Source: Chiloscyllium plagiosum (taxonomy: Eukaryota). Taken from it: a DNA stretch of 64,000 nt. The stretch's first letter is position 1. Every line of letters begins with the position of its first letter. Position numbers and translations under genes: made by a program. Shown here in pieces: positions 13,301-28,300 of the stretch. The notes below the pieces were generated by a model. That model was given only the letters and a program-made list of their open reading frames with translations. It made no database searches and had not been told where the DNA came from. The DNA lies in assembly GCF_004010195.1 (NCBI RefSeq), contig NC_057749.1:13824543-13888542 (forward strand), given 5' to 3'.

Positions 13301-16300
13301 AGGTTCTACCTGTTTAAAAATGTTTACAATTTTGAAAAATGTTGTTCTTCCCTTTCATTTTCTTCTTTTCTAATTTACGTTTGGAAGAACCAATGTCATT
13401 CTTCCAGGAATGCACCTAAAATGCTGAGAGTCTACAGTTGTTCCATGGAGCAACAGTGATTCCATCCTTATCTGATGCCTATAGTGCATTATGAGCACAA
13501 GGGGAAACCTTAGCTGATTTCTCCCCTCCTTAGCTTGGGGCACTGATATCTGAATATAGAGTCTTGGCACACCTCCAACAGAGTTTGGCTGATGTAAATA
13601 ATGTTTGGAATCCAACTGAAGATCTGCCTGGTCTCTACTACTCAGTTCCAGATTGGAAAGTGCACTCATCTGGAAAGCCACTGGAGAAATCGTTTTAAAT
13701 TTTAATTTACATTTTTGTTAATCTGTCAGAAACTTATTAAAGTTCTCTGGCACTTGTTTAATGCTGAAATTATGGATCTTTCAAACTTGTGAACTAGATT
13801 CTGTATTTTTATCATCTGTCCAATCGTCTCCATATTATGAAGAGTAAAAATCTGTATAATAGCTTTATACAATCATAAAATATATTCATTGTCCATAATC
13901 TGACATATCACAATACAGCTTTGTGATGGTTTAGTCCACTTTAATGATTTAAATTAAGATCTAAACACAGATCTAAAAGTAATTTTGTTTTATGATTGCT
14001 CCCTCTCTGGGTTAAACCCAAAGCATTTAAACATTTTTGTTTAAAAAATGGTCCAATTCTGGTGTTCCATTCCAATACAGCACCACAAAAGAAACAAATA
14101 CTTTAAATGTGCCTGCCACGGTATCTGGCTGGGGAGATGAAACACAACCGTCCTACCCACCTGCAGCTGTGGAACAGATTCAAGAAGTTATCACTGATAT
14201 AATCTATTCACTCACTGATGTTCCTGTCTAAAGTGATAACTGAACAAAACAAACCTAATCTCAGTCTCTGAAACCGACACCCATCAGTAAGAAAGCTTGG
14301 ATATAAAATGACAAGTCAGCCAGCTGTTCCACTGTCACTGTACAACAATTACAAGCTGTCCATCAAATCAGGAGGATGGGTGTGGCAATGAATAAGGACA
14401 TAAGCCTGGTTACATTTTCCAATGCACAGTTTCGGATTTAAAAATCTGTCCTTTATTGCAAGACCCATGCACTATCAGAAATCCAATAACTATACACATT
14501 TGTCATTCAACAGCTGATATGGCAAAGAGCTAATGTTAACTGGGATATAGAGAAAACAGTGAGCACGAGAGAGAGGGAGACAGAGTGTGTGTGCGAGAGA
14601 GAGAGAGAGAAAAACAAAGATTGGCGCCTGTATCTTCTGCAACACCAAACCAGTGCTACATGATTCCAGGCGTTTCTCAGAGTTCTCACCTTTCAGGTTG
14701 TGCAGCTTGGACAAAATATCAGAATTCAACTCTAAGAATTCATTAGGAAAACAATGAAGTAATGATACCTCAATTCTGACATGAGTGTCATATCTCAAAG
14801 GTGGAGATCAAAGTACTGGATTATCACATTAAAACAGATTAAACAGCATTATGTTCAAACTGGCAGCTTTGACTTTTAGCTAATGTGAAATAACTCCATT
14901 AAACTGCTTCGCTCAACACTAAGTTAAAAAGCAGCTAATGTTTGACAATTTAAAGTGCATTTTAAATGACAAGAAACAAACAAATCAAACTTAAATAAAA
15001 AATGGAAAGCGTTGAGATAATTCAACAGGTTTGGCAGCATCTGTTGAGAGAAAAACAGAGTCAACATTCAGAAAGCGAAGTCATCGAGGACTTCAAACCC
15101 CATGTCCAATGAAGATCCCTCAGCACTGTTTTAATTTAGATTTCCAGCATCCACAGTTTTATTCAGATTTTTATTCAGTAAGGATATCAAATGATATGGA
15201 GCAAAGGTAGGATAAATGTAGGTGCATACCAGTCATGAACAGTGGAACAAACCTGAAAGCTGAGTAGCCTACTTCTACTTCTACCCCTAACATATCTTTT
15301 CACTTGTACAGAACTATAATCATGTATAACACACCAATTGGGTGGAGGGGGGTGGAATCCTCATGGATGAGGAGTCTGGTACAGTTAAGGAATTGACAGG
15401 AATCTTGCTTTGGCTTATTCAGAGAAACACCATTATTTTAGCTGCTTGAATTTTAGATCATGCAATCATAAATTCAACCTGAAAGCTGAGTAGCCTACTT
15501 CTACTTCTACCCCGAACATATCTTTTCACTTGTACAGAACTATAATCATGTATAACACACCAATTGGGTGGAGGGGGGTTGGAATCCTCATGGATGAGGA
15601 GTCTGGTATAGTTAAGGAATTGACAGGAATCTTGCTTTGGCTTATTCAGAGAAACACCATTATTTTAGCTGCTTGAATTTTAGATCATGCAATCATAAAT
15701 TCAGTCTATTTAAAACAGTGATAATCTTCATCTTTTATTTTTTAATTTTCCAGGAGATGAACTATGTCAGTTTTACGCCTTGAAACTTAGAATTTATTGT
15801 TGTTTGAGACACTAAATGATCTCTATCAGCATGTTTTATACAATATGATTATAAAAAAGGTATTTGATAATTAAAACTAATAGGGACAATGAATGAGATA
15901 GTTTATAAGAGAAAAAGAAATGCATCATTCATCTGAAAACCATTCATCCAAAATACAGTACATCTGACAAGAGAGCACTTTCTCAGTACTGGGAAAAAGC
16001 ACAAAGAACTGCAGATACTGGAAATTGGAAATGAAAATGAAAATTGCTGGCAAAACTCAGCAATTCTGGCAGCATCTGTGGAATGCAAGCAGAGTTAACA
16101 TTTTGGGTCCAGTGACCCTTCTTCAGAATTGGTGTCTGCTTTCACTCCACAGATGCACCAAAGCTGTTGAGTTTTTTCAGCAATTTGTTTTTGTTTCATC
16201 CTCATTACTGCTCTACAATACCGATCCATATTATGCACTCAAACTCTGGTTTGAATCAATAATCTTTTGCCTCAGTTTATGAGTGATGTCATTTTTATTA

Positions 16301-19300
16301 AAAAAGAGCATTGTTACACTTTCCTACAGATCAGCAGGATTAATTCAAGCATCCCAATGTAATTTTGACCGTCCCAGCCATGTCTGTCAACATGGAAATG
16401 TTGAGTAGATTTACAAATCATCTATCCTCCCTCCAAGCAATGAATGGAAAACTCCATTCTGATCCATATGATCTTTCTCAGCTCTTGGGGTACATGCTGG
16501 CCAACAACAAATTCATAACTTTAAAACTACCACATTTGTACAGAGATCCATACATTTTTATTTTCATGGTACTTTATTGCTGTGGAATTCACCACAATAT
16601 AAACTAGCACAGTTCCATAATAATCCAGATCCATCAGAAGTAGTTTGGCAGAAATGCTTCAGGAAACCGTATTGGACTATAAATGTCCTGAAGACAGATT
16701 CCTGGATTTCTTATTTGGAAGTTTAAGAATTAACAAAATTTCATTATCTATTATTCCATTCGGGCCATATTTGTGACTATTTCCATATTTGAGAAGCACT
16801 AGTTATGCATGTTAATGATGATCTGTTGGCCATTGAGAGATCAGTGAAAAGATTTTGAATAATTTCCTGAAGTAATAATTCTGCGAGAGGGGTGAAGAGT
16901 CAAGCACCAAATGTTAATACAACAAAGTTAAAAGTCACTGCAAAATAGAATGTTTTCAAATAAAAATCCCACCCACCCTTCAAAGTTTTTATTTCAATAG
17001 CAATAAAGATCTCAAGTAGTTTAAGTCTGCAGCATTAGGTTTTCCCTCAAGACATCTGCTCCACAACAGTAATAATATGACCACTTGATCTCGATAAATA
17101 ACTAAGACAAATAAATAGGTCCACAGTTTATGTATCAGCCACAAGCAAATGAAGAAACTGTATGTCACAGTTTAAAATTTTAAAGAAATTACATTACATT
17201 TTGCAATACCATTAAAGCATTCAATTAAAAAAAATTCTAGAATTAAGTAAAATAATCAAGTCTACATCATTTACTTTCAGCTGATGGTGAATGTGAATGA
17301 TGCAAAACTTAACTGTGAGGAGAATAGTGGAGAACTTGAAAACATCATCGACAAGCTATTGGGCAAGTGGCAGCTGCAATTCAAAGCAGAGAAAGTGAAA
17401 TGATTCATTTCAGAAGGAAGGACATGGAATTGCAATACAATATAAAGTGAACAAATCTGAAGTGGATGCAAGAGCAGAGATGCAGGTATGTATGTGCCTA
17501 AGCCATTGAAGCTAGCAGGACATGTTGAGAGTGCAGTTAACAAAGCATACCAGATCCCTAATAGGAGCAGAATACAACAGCAAGAACATTAAATTGAACT
17601 TGCATAAAATGTTTTGGCCTTGGCTCACATACTGTGTCCAGCTCTGGGCATTGTAATTTAGTAAAGAGGTGATGCATTAGACAGAGTACAGAAAAGATTT
17701 ATGAGAATGGCTCTGTGGATCAGGAACTTCAGTAATGATCAGATTTGACAAGTTATGACTGTTATCCTTAGAGAAAATAAGGCTGAGGGGAAGTTTGATA
17801 GTGTATTAAAAGCAATCAGCAGTCTGGACAGAATAGATAGGGAGAAACTGTTCCGACTCTCGAAAGCATTGAAAATGAGAGCAAATATTTAAAGCAATTA
17901 GCAAAAGAAGCAAGAGTGGGAGACAAGACTTGGTGCAGAGACGATGGGCCAAATGTCTTCTTTCTAAATCATAAAAGTTCTGCGATTCTACCATAACCAA
18001 TCCAATGTTACATAATATATAATAATTCACATTTTTAAAAAAACCATTAAAATTCCTTATTTAGCAATTTTAATTATATAGACAGGTTAGTTTATGAGGA
18101 GTTAAAAATTATATTCTGTAATGATGAATAAATTTTTAAAATCTTGGATTCATATCATACCTTATCATGACACATCTCAAAGCACTTCAGGCAATGATTA
18201 ACTTTTGCAGTTACTGTTAAGTGGGCAAATGAATATACATCTCTTTCATGATTCATGTGTGGTATTATATATACTTTTATATATACACACATATGGGCAG
18301 CATAACATTGGATATAATTCATTTTATTTAATCTAAATTGTCCAATCAATTATAAGTTATAAACCAGGAAAGTAAAAAATGGACATTAATTTAATTAGGA
18401 CAGTTTTTTAAAATTCAGACATAGATATATAGGTGCATTAAGAAGTTGACTTATCTGTTAGTGTTAACTTTTTATTAATGAAGATCAGAAATAATTAAAT
18501 GCACCCAATTTCCATTCACCACTGTCTGAATTTCTTGCAGAGTTTTATTTCTTTTCTGCTTTCCTCTCCTCAGATGAGCAACCTTTCAGCTAGGCTGGTT
18601 TCACCAGCATTGGTTGCCATTCTGCAGTTAATAAAGCAGACCAGATCCCGAATCAACCCGAATTTCAGTGCAGAGCTCTTGTCAGAATGATGATTTCATA
18701 GATGAGCTAAATTCTGTCCTCATCTAAAATGCACACATCCACACACATATAAGTTCACACATGTTGGCATACAAACATTTTCCCCTTAGGTTCCAAGACA
18801 ACAGAAGCCCTGCCTAAATCTTTCTTCCTCTCACTCAAAGTTCTGATGACAATTAAAATGTTTCTATTGTCACCTTGACTCAGGTTATTTAACATTGCAC
18901 ATGTCAATAAACAAACCAACACCCTACTAAATTCATTAGTTGTCTCTGTGAAATATTTTTGGTCTCCTAGCATTCATTTATTGCTTGCCCCATATCTTTG
19001 TTTCAGTCAGTTCGGCTCTATACAAGTAATTGCCCATCTATCCTTACAAGGTAAGGGTATTACACATAATGGAATCAAGTCAGGTAGATGGAGGTCAAGG
19101 CGTATAATCAGTCATAATCCAGCTGAGTGGTAGAAAGGGCTCAAGGGGCACTTAATGTCATTCGCCTAGCCAGGATGATTCAGTTCCACAGTGGGCTCAG
19201 CATTTAACAACTGAAGCATTTGAGTTTCTAATCTAATGAGTGGAATTAGTCCCTTTGAAGAAAGTGGCGCATATTTAATGATATTTGTAATGTCTATTGG

Positions 19301-22300
19301 GTATGAAGAGAGCGATTCTGATTTGTATTGCTTAAAACTACACTCTCTAAATGCGCTTCTTAAAAATGGACACTTTGCTAGACTGACAACATGGATGCCA
19401 TTGATCACATGATGTCTGTTGACCAAAATTTCTGCCAGGTTCTGACTTTCCATAAGTAACCAGAGGACAAATGCTCCTACCATCTTGCTGGAATGCGGCA
19501 CTGCATGTATTGTACGAATATTCCAGTCAACTTAACTCAAAGAACTAGCAGACCAGATGTCTACCACAGCCAGTTTTGAACTAAGGACACCACTCTTATG
19601 AATTGACCTAATGCAAATTATTCCACAGTTATCTCCACAAAATACAATTGTTTCTGATAAAGGAACATCAAAACCACCTCACAGACGTTATCTCCCCACC
19701 TGGAAACCCTTGTCAATCAACTACTGGATTGTTTGAATCACATTCAACTATACAGTTTTGACACATTCATTGGTCTGCTTGTAATACTAAAAGGGTAAGT
19801 AGCTCCAGACTCAGCTAAACACATATCTTTTGATTTCTCTTTTATGGTAGACATCTGGTCTCTGAAATTTAACTACTGTTTTGATTGCAAAATGCGCCAA
19901 CCTCTAAGGTTACAATCATAGCATCTTCATCAGCAATTCGACAATGTCCCAGGTTCCTCTGAAAGAGGTTGTCGTACACAGTGAACTGCAAGAACCTCAA
20001 CTGGACAACGACATTACAGATTTGCAAACTCAATCAACTAATTCTGATATTTTTATTTTAAAATAAATAATAATTTCTCTCCTTTCCTTCCCCATTTCAT
20101 TCTTTCTTTCTTTCTTAAATGCATTTGCGGGTAAATGTGCATCGCAGACCATTCTCCTGAAGCTTTGAAAGCTTTATTAAACCCTACTTTGTTTTAACCC
20201 TAAAAGATTTGCTGTGGGTCATTTTTAATTGGACTTCCCAAACAAGATGTAGGGAAACACATTGCCATCCAACTTTTTAAAAAAAAAAGAAAAAACATTA
20301 AACTCAACAACTCGTGCTTTAGATGGGGCGGGGGGGTCAGGTAGGAGAAGAGACAGTAAAAATTATTCAATATACCACTTCCTTTTGTTCGTGACACATA
20401 ACTTGGAACACTGAAAATAGGTGAATGTAAAAACACAATCATATTTTAGTCTGTTACAGTCAAATGGAGGAAAAATTAGCTATTTGTAACAAATTTCATA
20501 CTAAATGGAAAACATTTTACCAGTTTGAAGTAGGTATTTTCTTAAATAGCTTGCATCACCCTCTAAGGTGTTACATTAATACTGATGCCGTGCTACATTT
20601 TCTGAAATGCAATCATAAGATATTTAAGTGGTGTGAGAGAATCCACACAAAGTCAATTATTCTTTTTTGTAGCACTGTATAAAGCATCCTGAAAATACTT
20701 TGAAGGGTTGAACTTTGAATACATTTGCGCAATTATTTTGACTATTATCAGCTTACGCAGCCTAGGGCTGTTTCACAATATGACAACTTAAGTTTAAGTT
20801 TAGGTTTAATATGTTTATTGAAGGTCACTGCACAAACTTATAATCATAAATGCCACAGAGTGTGAACAGAAATAATTAAAACGAGTTTAACCTGGTGCTG
20901 AGGTATTGTACCACACTGATGTATAATAAATAAGTGTGCCTTTAAAGGAGGGATCTCTGATTGAATGTATTGCTTTTTTCAGCACAATGCACTTAAAATC
21001 AGTCAAATCAGTAAAAAGTACTGTAAAATTGAAGTATAAATGATATCCCGCGCATTTCAAGATTCCACAAAGTTTTGGAATAGTTCAACATTATCGTTCT
21101 ACGTTATGCTACGCTTTTCAAGCGCCACATTTTTCGATTCATTCTAAGTTGGTACAACCCAAAAAAGCACGCTCCGAATCAAATTATTTATGATTCAAGT
21201 TTCAGCTATTTTCCCCCACTTTAATGGTCTTTGATGAGGCTCTTAAAATTAAAGAACCTCTTGTTGGAGCAAAGACACTAATAACTACATTTTACAAGCT
21301 TTTGAATTTTTAAAGAAATGGTTAAGAAGCTGACCATTGTGCCTCAATATAATAACAAATAGCTCCAAGGTTTTTTTTAAAAGAAGTCATTTTTAATTGT
21401 TTACAATTGACTTACTCACAGACAATAAAATACACTCTAAGTATAATTGCTTATTAGTGAATTTTGAGAAGATTTGTAGCTCAGGATGTAGGTTTGCTTG
21501 CTGAGCTGGAAGATACATTTTCAGATGTTTGGTCACCATACGAGGTAACATTATCAGTGAGCCTCCAGATGAAAAACTGGTGGTATGGCCCACTGTCTAT
21601 TTATGTGTTTAGGTTTCCTTGGGTTGATGATGTCATTCTAGCTCAGCAAGTAAACCTACATCCAAAATTCACTAAATGGGTACAGAATTCATGTGTGAAG
21701 CTGTTGAACTCAATGTTGGGACCAGAGGCTATAGAGTGTCTACGTTCCACCAGCATGTGTTGTGCTTCACTGGACCACTGCAGTATGAAAGCAAGGTGAT
21801 GTGCTAAAATTGTAAAAACTAAAACATTTTATTTTCAGTATTTTTGATGTAGACTGAACTGGGAAAACAACTGTTTGAAAAGCCAAGTGTTGTTTATATT
21901 GCAGCTCAATCAAAAAGAGGGGGAATGTTACTGCAGATAGGCTGACAACAGGTGGTCTGTACAAAGTGAAATTAGACCAGAAACAAGTAACTGATTGGTT
22001 TGTGGAGTGACGATCAGTTATTGATGACAAAAGCCTTCTGCCCACCAACAACTACATGATTGGCTTCCAGTTGGCCGAATAGCTTGAGTATGAACAATAT
22101 GGCTAGATGCTTTTGGACCTCCGAAAAGTGGTATTTCCCTCTGCATTGAAAATTACCCAAAGCCTGAAGAAAGCCAGTTTATTTTCCATCATCATTCCTG
22201 CAAGTTGTTGCTTTAAACCAATAAGTCAAAGACTTTATCATTTGTAAACCAGTTGCTCTGTGCCTCCTGCAAGGGAGTGAAAGTACTTGAAGTGAGATTG

Positions 22301-25300
22301 AAGTTGAGCAAATCCTGGTATGCAGAAAGGATCATCGCCCTGTTGTGAACACAATTGAAATGCCTTCCCAGTTTTTCCCTCCACTCATAACACCAGTGCT
22401 TTTTATCTTTGTCTGTGTGCAGGAGGAATTTTATACGGGTAATAGAGTTTTAACTAGTAGAGTTTTATGTTGACAGTTCATAGCTGCTTATCTATAGCTT
22501 GAAACTAGTTAGTTTAATAAACAGTAATTCTTGTTAAGTACAGAAACCTGGTATTAGCCTATCTAAAAGGGGAGCTAGAGGTAGGTAAATTTGGAAATTT
22601 GGTATATTTTGATAGAACCTTTAACTTTCTAGTGATAAAGGAAAATCGGAGCTTTATCTGCAGCACGCTATATAGAACATAGAACTCTCCCTATTCCTCG
22701 AATCTCTATCACGTGGCATGGGTAACAAACCAGAGAACCAGATATCATTTTGAGCCATGACAAAATGGAAAAATAACTATCAATTTGGAGTCATGCTTAC
22801 AAATTGAGGGGCAATCTTGTACAAAGCAGGCAGCCTGCAAATGCATTTCCCAATTCAGAGCACTGTGAGCAGTGAATATAGTAGACTAGATTGAAAGTAG
22901 TTTGAGTCTTGATCAAGGAAAGAAGATGTACCTGAACAGCCACTGAGAAGTTAGCATCAACATAACAAATGCAATGGACAAACTGGGAAAATGGAATGGA
23001 GCCCTTACAAGAAGCAGGGTGTCAGGAAATATAGCTGAGGTAGGAGTGGGAGCAAAGTCACCCTTGGAGAAACTGTCATCTGCTTCCCGCTGGGTGATAG
23101 TAATAGAAACTGGTAGCAAATCACAATCATGCACTCAGCACGAATGGTTCATTATTCTGGGGATTCATAACAAAGAAATGACAGAATAATAAAAAATAGA
23201 CAACAATCCTAATCAGAAACATTCTCATAATTGACTACAATAAATACTGAAAAATTATTTTAAATTTTAATTGACAAGTTTAAGTGGTCTGTGCGCCAAA
23301 TCTCAGAGTACAAGACATTAAAAAGGGTACATTCGGCAGAAGTCAAGTTAGAAGGTTCTGTAGCTTAGAAATGAAGTAACCACCATTTTTAGAAGTAACA
23401 CATATTTTATCAAATTACATTTTCGTGAAACTTACCACTTCTTCATCTGACAGTTCCCGTCCTTGAATGCTGCTATTCTCCCGCACAGCTTGCTGATGTT
23501 TTCTCCCTTTTATGTGGCTGAAGAGATAGACCTCAGAGGTGATCTTTGGAACAGAAAGTGACAACGTTTCAAGCTCAGTGAATTCTCTAAGCTTCCAATA
23601 TTAGTTAATATTGGTAGGATCTGCACAAGGACAATCAGCATAGAACTGCACACTAACCAATTATATTTTACAATATTATATTTTTACAACAATTAAGGTA
23701 AAATACTCTTATTGTGCATAGCGTAGAGAAACTTATTGGAAATCCTAGAAGCCAAACTAAATCCTTTGATCCAACAACCTTGTTACTTTTGTTACTGATC
23801 AATCTACAAGCCATCTGCATTCACACTCCATCCCAATCCTCTCCTGCCAGAGACACTCGGGCATATTAATATTGTTCTTTTCAAAATACTCTCTAGGTAC
23901 ATAATTCCAAAATATTTTTCCCTTATAATTCCACCCAACTTTTCCCTTCTCTTTGATAACTTTATAATTTGTGCCATTTTTCTTTGGATCAACTTTGCCA
24001 AATCTCTTAAAAATGTTCCTTGTTTTCTATAGGATCAATTTCTTCAACTTGTGCCTTCTGGTCAAGCAATACAATATTTACACTTGTTCTCAGCCAGATC
24101 TTTGAAAATAGAAGCACAAACAGCAGAACCTACCAACACGTTGCACAAGGAGCAATGTTTTTTTCGTTCATATGGAGTAAGTTTGGGTGCGTAGTCAGTG
24201 TTAGCATGTCTCCCACTGCTAAGCTCAGCTGCTTTTTCTTTTCGTTGTTCGATCTGCTCCATATGCCTCCGACTGCTCTCATCATGCTGCATGAAAGCAA
24301 AACATATGCAGAACAATTGTAGCAACTAATGCTCTTCTGCTGGTTAAATCTCCAGTGGAAAATGAAATAACAACCTGTGCACTTTGTCATCATTCAAAAG
24401 GGCTGAAAATAATAAAACAAGTAATTACAATTCAGCTAGCCTATCACAGCTATCATTGAGAAAATATTAGAATCCACTGTAAAGGATGCAATAGCAGAGC
24501 ATTTAGAAATGTATAATATAATCAAACAGAGTCAACAAGGCTTCAAGAAGGGAACATTATGTTTGACAAATCCGTGAGAATTTCTTGAGGAGGAACCAAG
24601 CAGGATAGGTAAAAGGGAAAGTAGCTGTAATATATTTGGATTTCCAAAAGGTATTTGATAAGGTATCACACACAAGGATATGTAATAGGATACCAGCCGA
24701 GTGTTGTAGTAGTACAGGACTAGAGGGCATAAGCTTAGAGTAAGGGGTTGTCCATTTAAGACTGAGATGAGGAGGAAAACTTTCTCCAGAGGATAATGAA
24801 GCTGCGGGATACTTTAACACAGAAATATGTCAAATCTGGGGTTATTAAATATATTCAAGGCTGAGACAGACAGATTTTCAACCAGTGAGGGAATCAAGAG
24901 CTATAGAGAAAAGGCAGTAAAGTGGAGCTGAAGATTATGAAATCAGCCATGATCTCATTGAATGGCACAGCAGATCCTATAGATCAAATGATCTCATTCT
25001 GTGGCTAGAACTTATTGCCCCTCTGTAATTTCTTTATTATTACCTTTCTCTCCACTTTCTGCCTCTGCATTACCAAACTCATGAGGGTCTGCTCCCACTG
25101 TCCAGGCAGATATCCGAAATACTGTGACCAGCTTTGGTCTCATAAAACAAGGAAGGGTTTACACGTCACAGCAGGGATGCAACAAAGATTCACTACTGTG
25201 ATTGTTGGAATGTAAGGATTGTGCTATGCGGAAAGAGCGAGTAGAATAGCAGGAATTAAATTCTCTGGAATTTAGAAGAACACATAGCAATCATGCTGAA

Positions 25301-28300
25301 ATGTAAAAAATTCAAAGAAGGTTCATTAAGTTATAAGTTAAAAGGCTGTTTCCCCAGATTGTGAATGTAAAACTATGAGGTTCACTGTTAGGATAAAAGG
25401 TCAGCCACTTATGTCTAACTTAAGAAGACATTTCACTCAATCATGAATACTTGAAATTTTCTAGCCAGAAGGCTACAGGTGCACACAGTCATTGGTACAT
25501 TCAAGGTTGAAACTGATAGACACCAAGGGAATAAAGGCACATGGGTAACAGGGTAAGAGAGTGAAGTTGAAGTTGAAGCTGAAGATCAGCTAGTTTATGA
25601 AATGGTGAAGCAGACTTGAGCAGTGGTTGTCTCTGTTCTCAAACTGACATAATGCCCATACTCCCTTAAACAATTCTTCCCCATGCTACCAGTGTGCCGC
25701 TATCATTGCTATGCTCCTCATTTAAGTGTGGCATCAGTTTTACTCTCCCCTATAAATCTCAATTGCAGGACTGGTGCTATACTATCTCACTGCCCAGTTA
25801 TCCTGATTTCTACACAACCTTGCCCCAACTTGCCTGTGAAAACATTGCAGCAATACATTCAATATCTCCCTGAACATTGAATAACTTTTCCTTAATCTTC
25901 TGCTTTTAAAATAATGTTGCTCATGTACTGCACTAAAGATTGTAGCTTTTACTTGCTTTCTTAATTAACAGAAAATATAACACTAGATCAATCAAGATTT
26001 TACTTTTCCATACAACTACTCTGCATCCTTGCTCTATTGGACAACAACACATTCAGTTCAATAATTCCAATGTTCCCATCTGAAAATAATTCTGGACAAA
26101 ACAGATACAAAAGTTAAACCTGGCTTGATGGATCATAAGGTTTACATTTCTTTTTGTTTATAGTGGAAGTCAGTCACTGATTATATTCTCCAAAGTCTGC
26201 CAAGTTCTTTGACAAAGAACATAAAACTTTATTACAGCAAAGAAAAACACATTACAGGAACAATCTTATTACATTCCCCAGAAAGAAAGGTTCATCCTTT
26301 TTACCCCAACAATACTCTTACAGACATGTAAACCTCAGTGAAGAGTAAATCAGTGTCCTCTCCAGTGCATCTTGGAAAGGTGCCAAATTACATACTTCTT
26401 ACTGAAATATTAAAAAGATAGGTTCTGTATCAGGTGGAACCACAATGCCAAGTAACACATATTCAGTTGGACTTAATTTCAGAATTGACACTGAAAGGCT
26501 CTTAACCTAGCAGAGTCCTTTATAACTGTTGGCCTTTGCAGACTAATCTTAAGAACTGCAACACATACAAACGTTTCAACGTGTATTTGAGAGGATCAGC
26601 AAAAATCACAATATTATATAATACCTTCAGTTGTATTTTCTTTTGTAGTTCTTCCATAGCTTCTTGTTGAGCTGCACACAGCGCAGCCAGCCTCTCCTCT
26701 CGTTCCCTGCCAAAGGCACACAAAAAAAAGTAGTGACAGACTGACGATCTGCAGTGATTCTTGATATTTTCCGATTCCTACCATGGAAGGAGCCAGGAAA
26801 ATAAGTAATTTAACAAGGGTGAGAAGGTATACGTCCTGAAATATATTTGTGTCCTTTTAACATAATCAGGATTCCACATGCAGGATTTGACATATCACAA
26901 ATAAGTTTTGGATACTTCTAAGATAGCATCATACCTAACCCCAACCTTCCCTACAATTCAAAAGTTATACTGAATAGTAATCAAAACCAGGAAACATAAG
27001 CAACGTTTTCTCCCTCTGGTCAAGGTTTACAGTAATGTTCTGGCAGAACAAATGAGCTACGATGAGATCAATTAAGCTGCAGCTTTGTGGTCAATACATC
27101 TTGATATTACAACAATTGGCTCTTGAGGGGTGCACAGAAAATTGTTTAACAAAGGCCACAAACCTGGCTCTTTCACGTGCTGCATCTTCCCTTGCTTTCT
27201 CTTTTTCTTGTCGCTGTTGCTCAATCCGTGCCTCCTGTTCTCTCCTCTTCAACATTAGTTCTTCCACACGGGCCTGACGCTCTGCCTCCAGTGCTCTCTT
27301 GCGTTCCTGCATTCAATCAAGTCATTTTAAAACAAGAGATTTTGCTATAGTTCAAGAATGATAAAAAATAATCCAACACTTCTCTAAATTTCCATTGTTT
27401 TTTCATAGACTTCTAACTGAGGTACACAATGTCAGCTACCCTCTGGTAAAGAGAATAAAATATATATAATTTGTATATGACCCAAGAGACCATCCATTCA
27501 ACCACAGTCACGCTCAGCCCTGTGCATACTCGAGCTTTTCCAGATGGTAATTTAATAAAGAGCAGAAACAGCACCTGTGGCTAATTTTGCGTTCTGTAAC
27601 CCAGTACGTTATTAACTTCAGCACTGTTCCACCTGCCAACTCAACATGGAGCAGACATTACATTTGACCCTTGGCTCAGTAATTCATAGAATAAACTAAT
27701 TGAACTATCAAAAGGAGATCTATAGGAGGTATAATCTCACTCTGATGTTTCAATTTAAATGTTTTGTTCAGAAGTACTTCAAGTGTTGCATCTTTTCCAG
27801 TTTCTAGTACAATACATCGTAAACAGTTTTACAACTTCACATACAGAACAAGATTTCTGCTTAGTGAATTGAAAATATACAGAGATCTATCGTACATGAT
27901 AGCTGATGCTAACCTGGTGAGATTGAAAAGTAAGGACCACTTACACTTGCATAATGCCTTGACACATCCTTGAGGAAGAATTTAAATGTGATTCACTTGT
28001 TGCAAATGAAAATTATTTACTTCTGTTAAACAACTGCTGAAACACAATTATCTTTGCACGTTTGATGGACTGAGGAGGATATGGACAGATTTTTATTTAG
28101 TATTGGTTTGAAGCGTTCTGAAAAGTGGGAAGGAAGGTGGAGTTGAGACTGAAATTAGATCAGCCAATGATTGTATTAAATAGCAATGCATGTTCAAGGT
28201 GGGTGAATTGCCTACTCCTGGTTCTTATGTTCTTATTATACTTAATCTCCATGCTGCTGTCTCAGAACCCTTCTGTATCTTTTTGCAACCCGTGTCCTTC

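Noticed and set aside
14688..14735. 42-nt pseudo-exon with AAG|GTGAGA donor
   Set aside because: Immediate in-frame stop, weak acceptor and no other support.
21840..22660. Possible solo LTR (similar impressions at about 46040-46600 and 50770-51620)
   Set aside because: Composition is LTR-like, but I could not define TG..CA ends, TSDs or a second copy, so it is not called.
23544..23550. AAG acceptor as a sign of mis-annotation
   Set aside because: AAG acceptors are uncommon but canonical, and the phase and protein alignment fit exactly.
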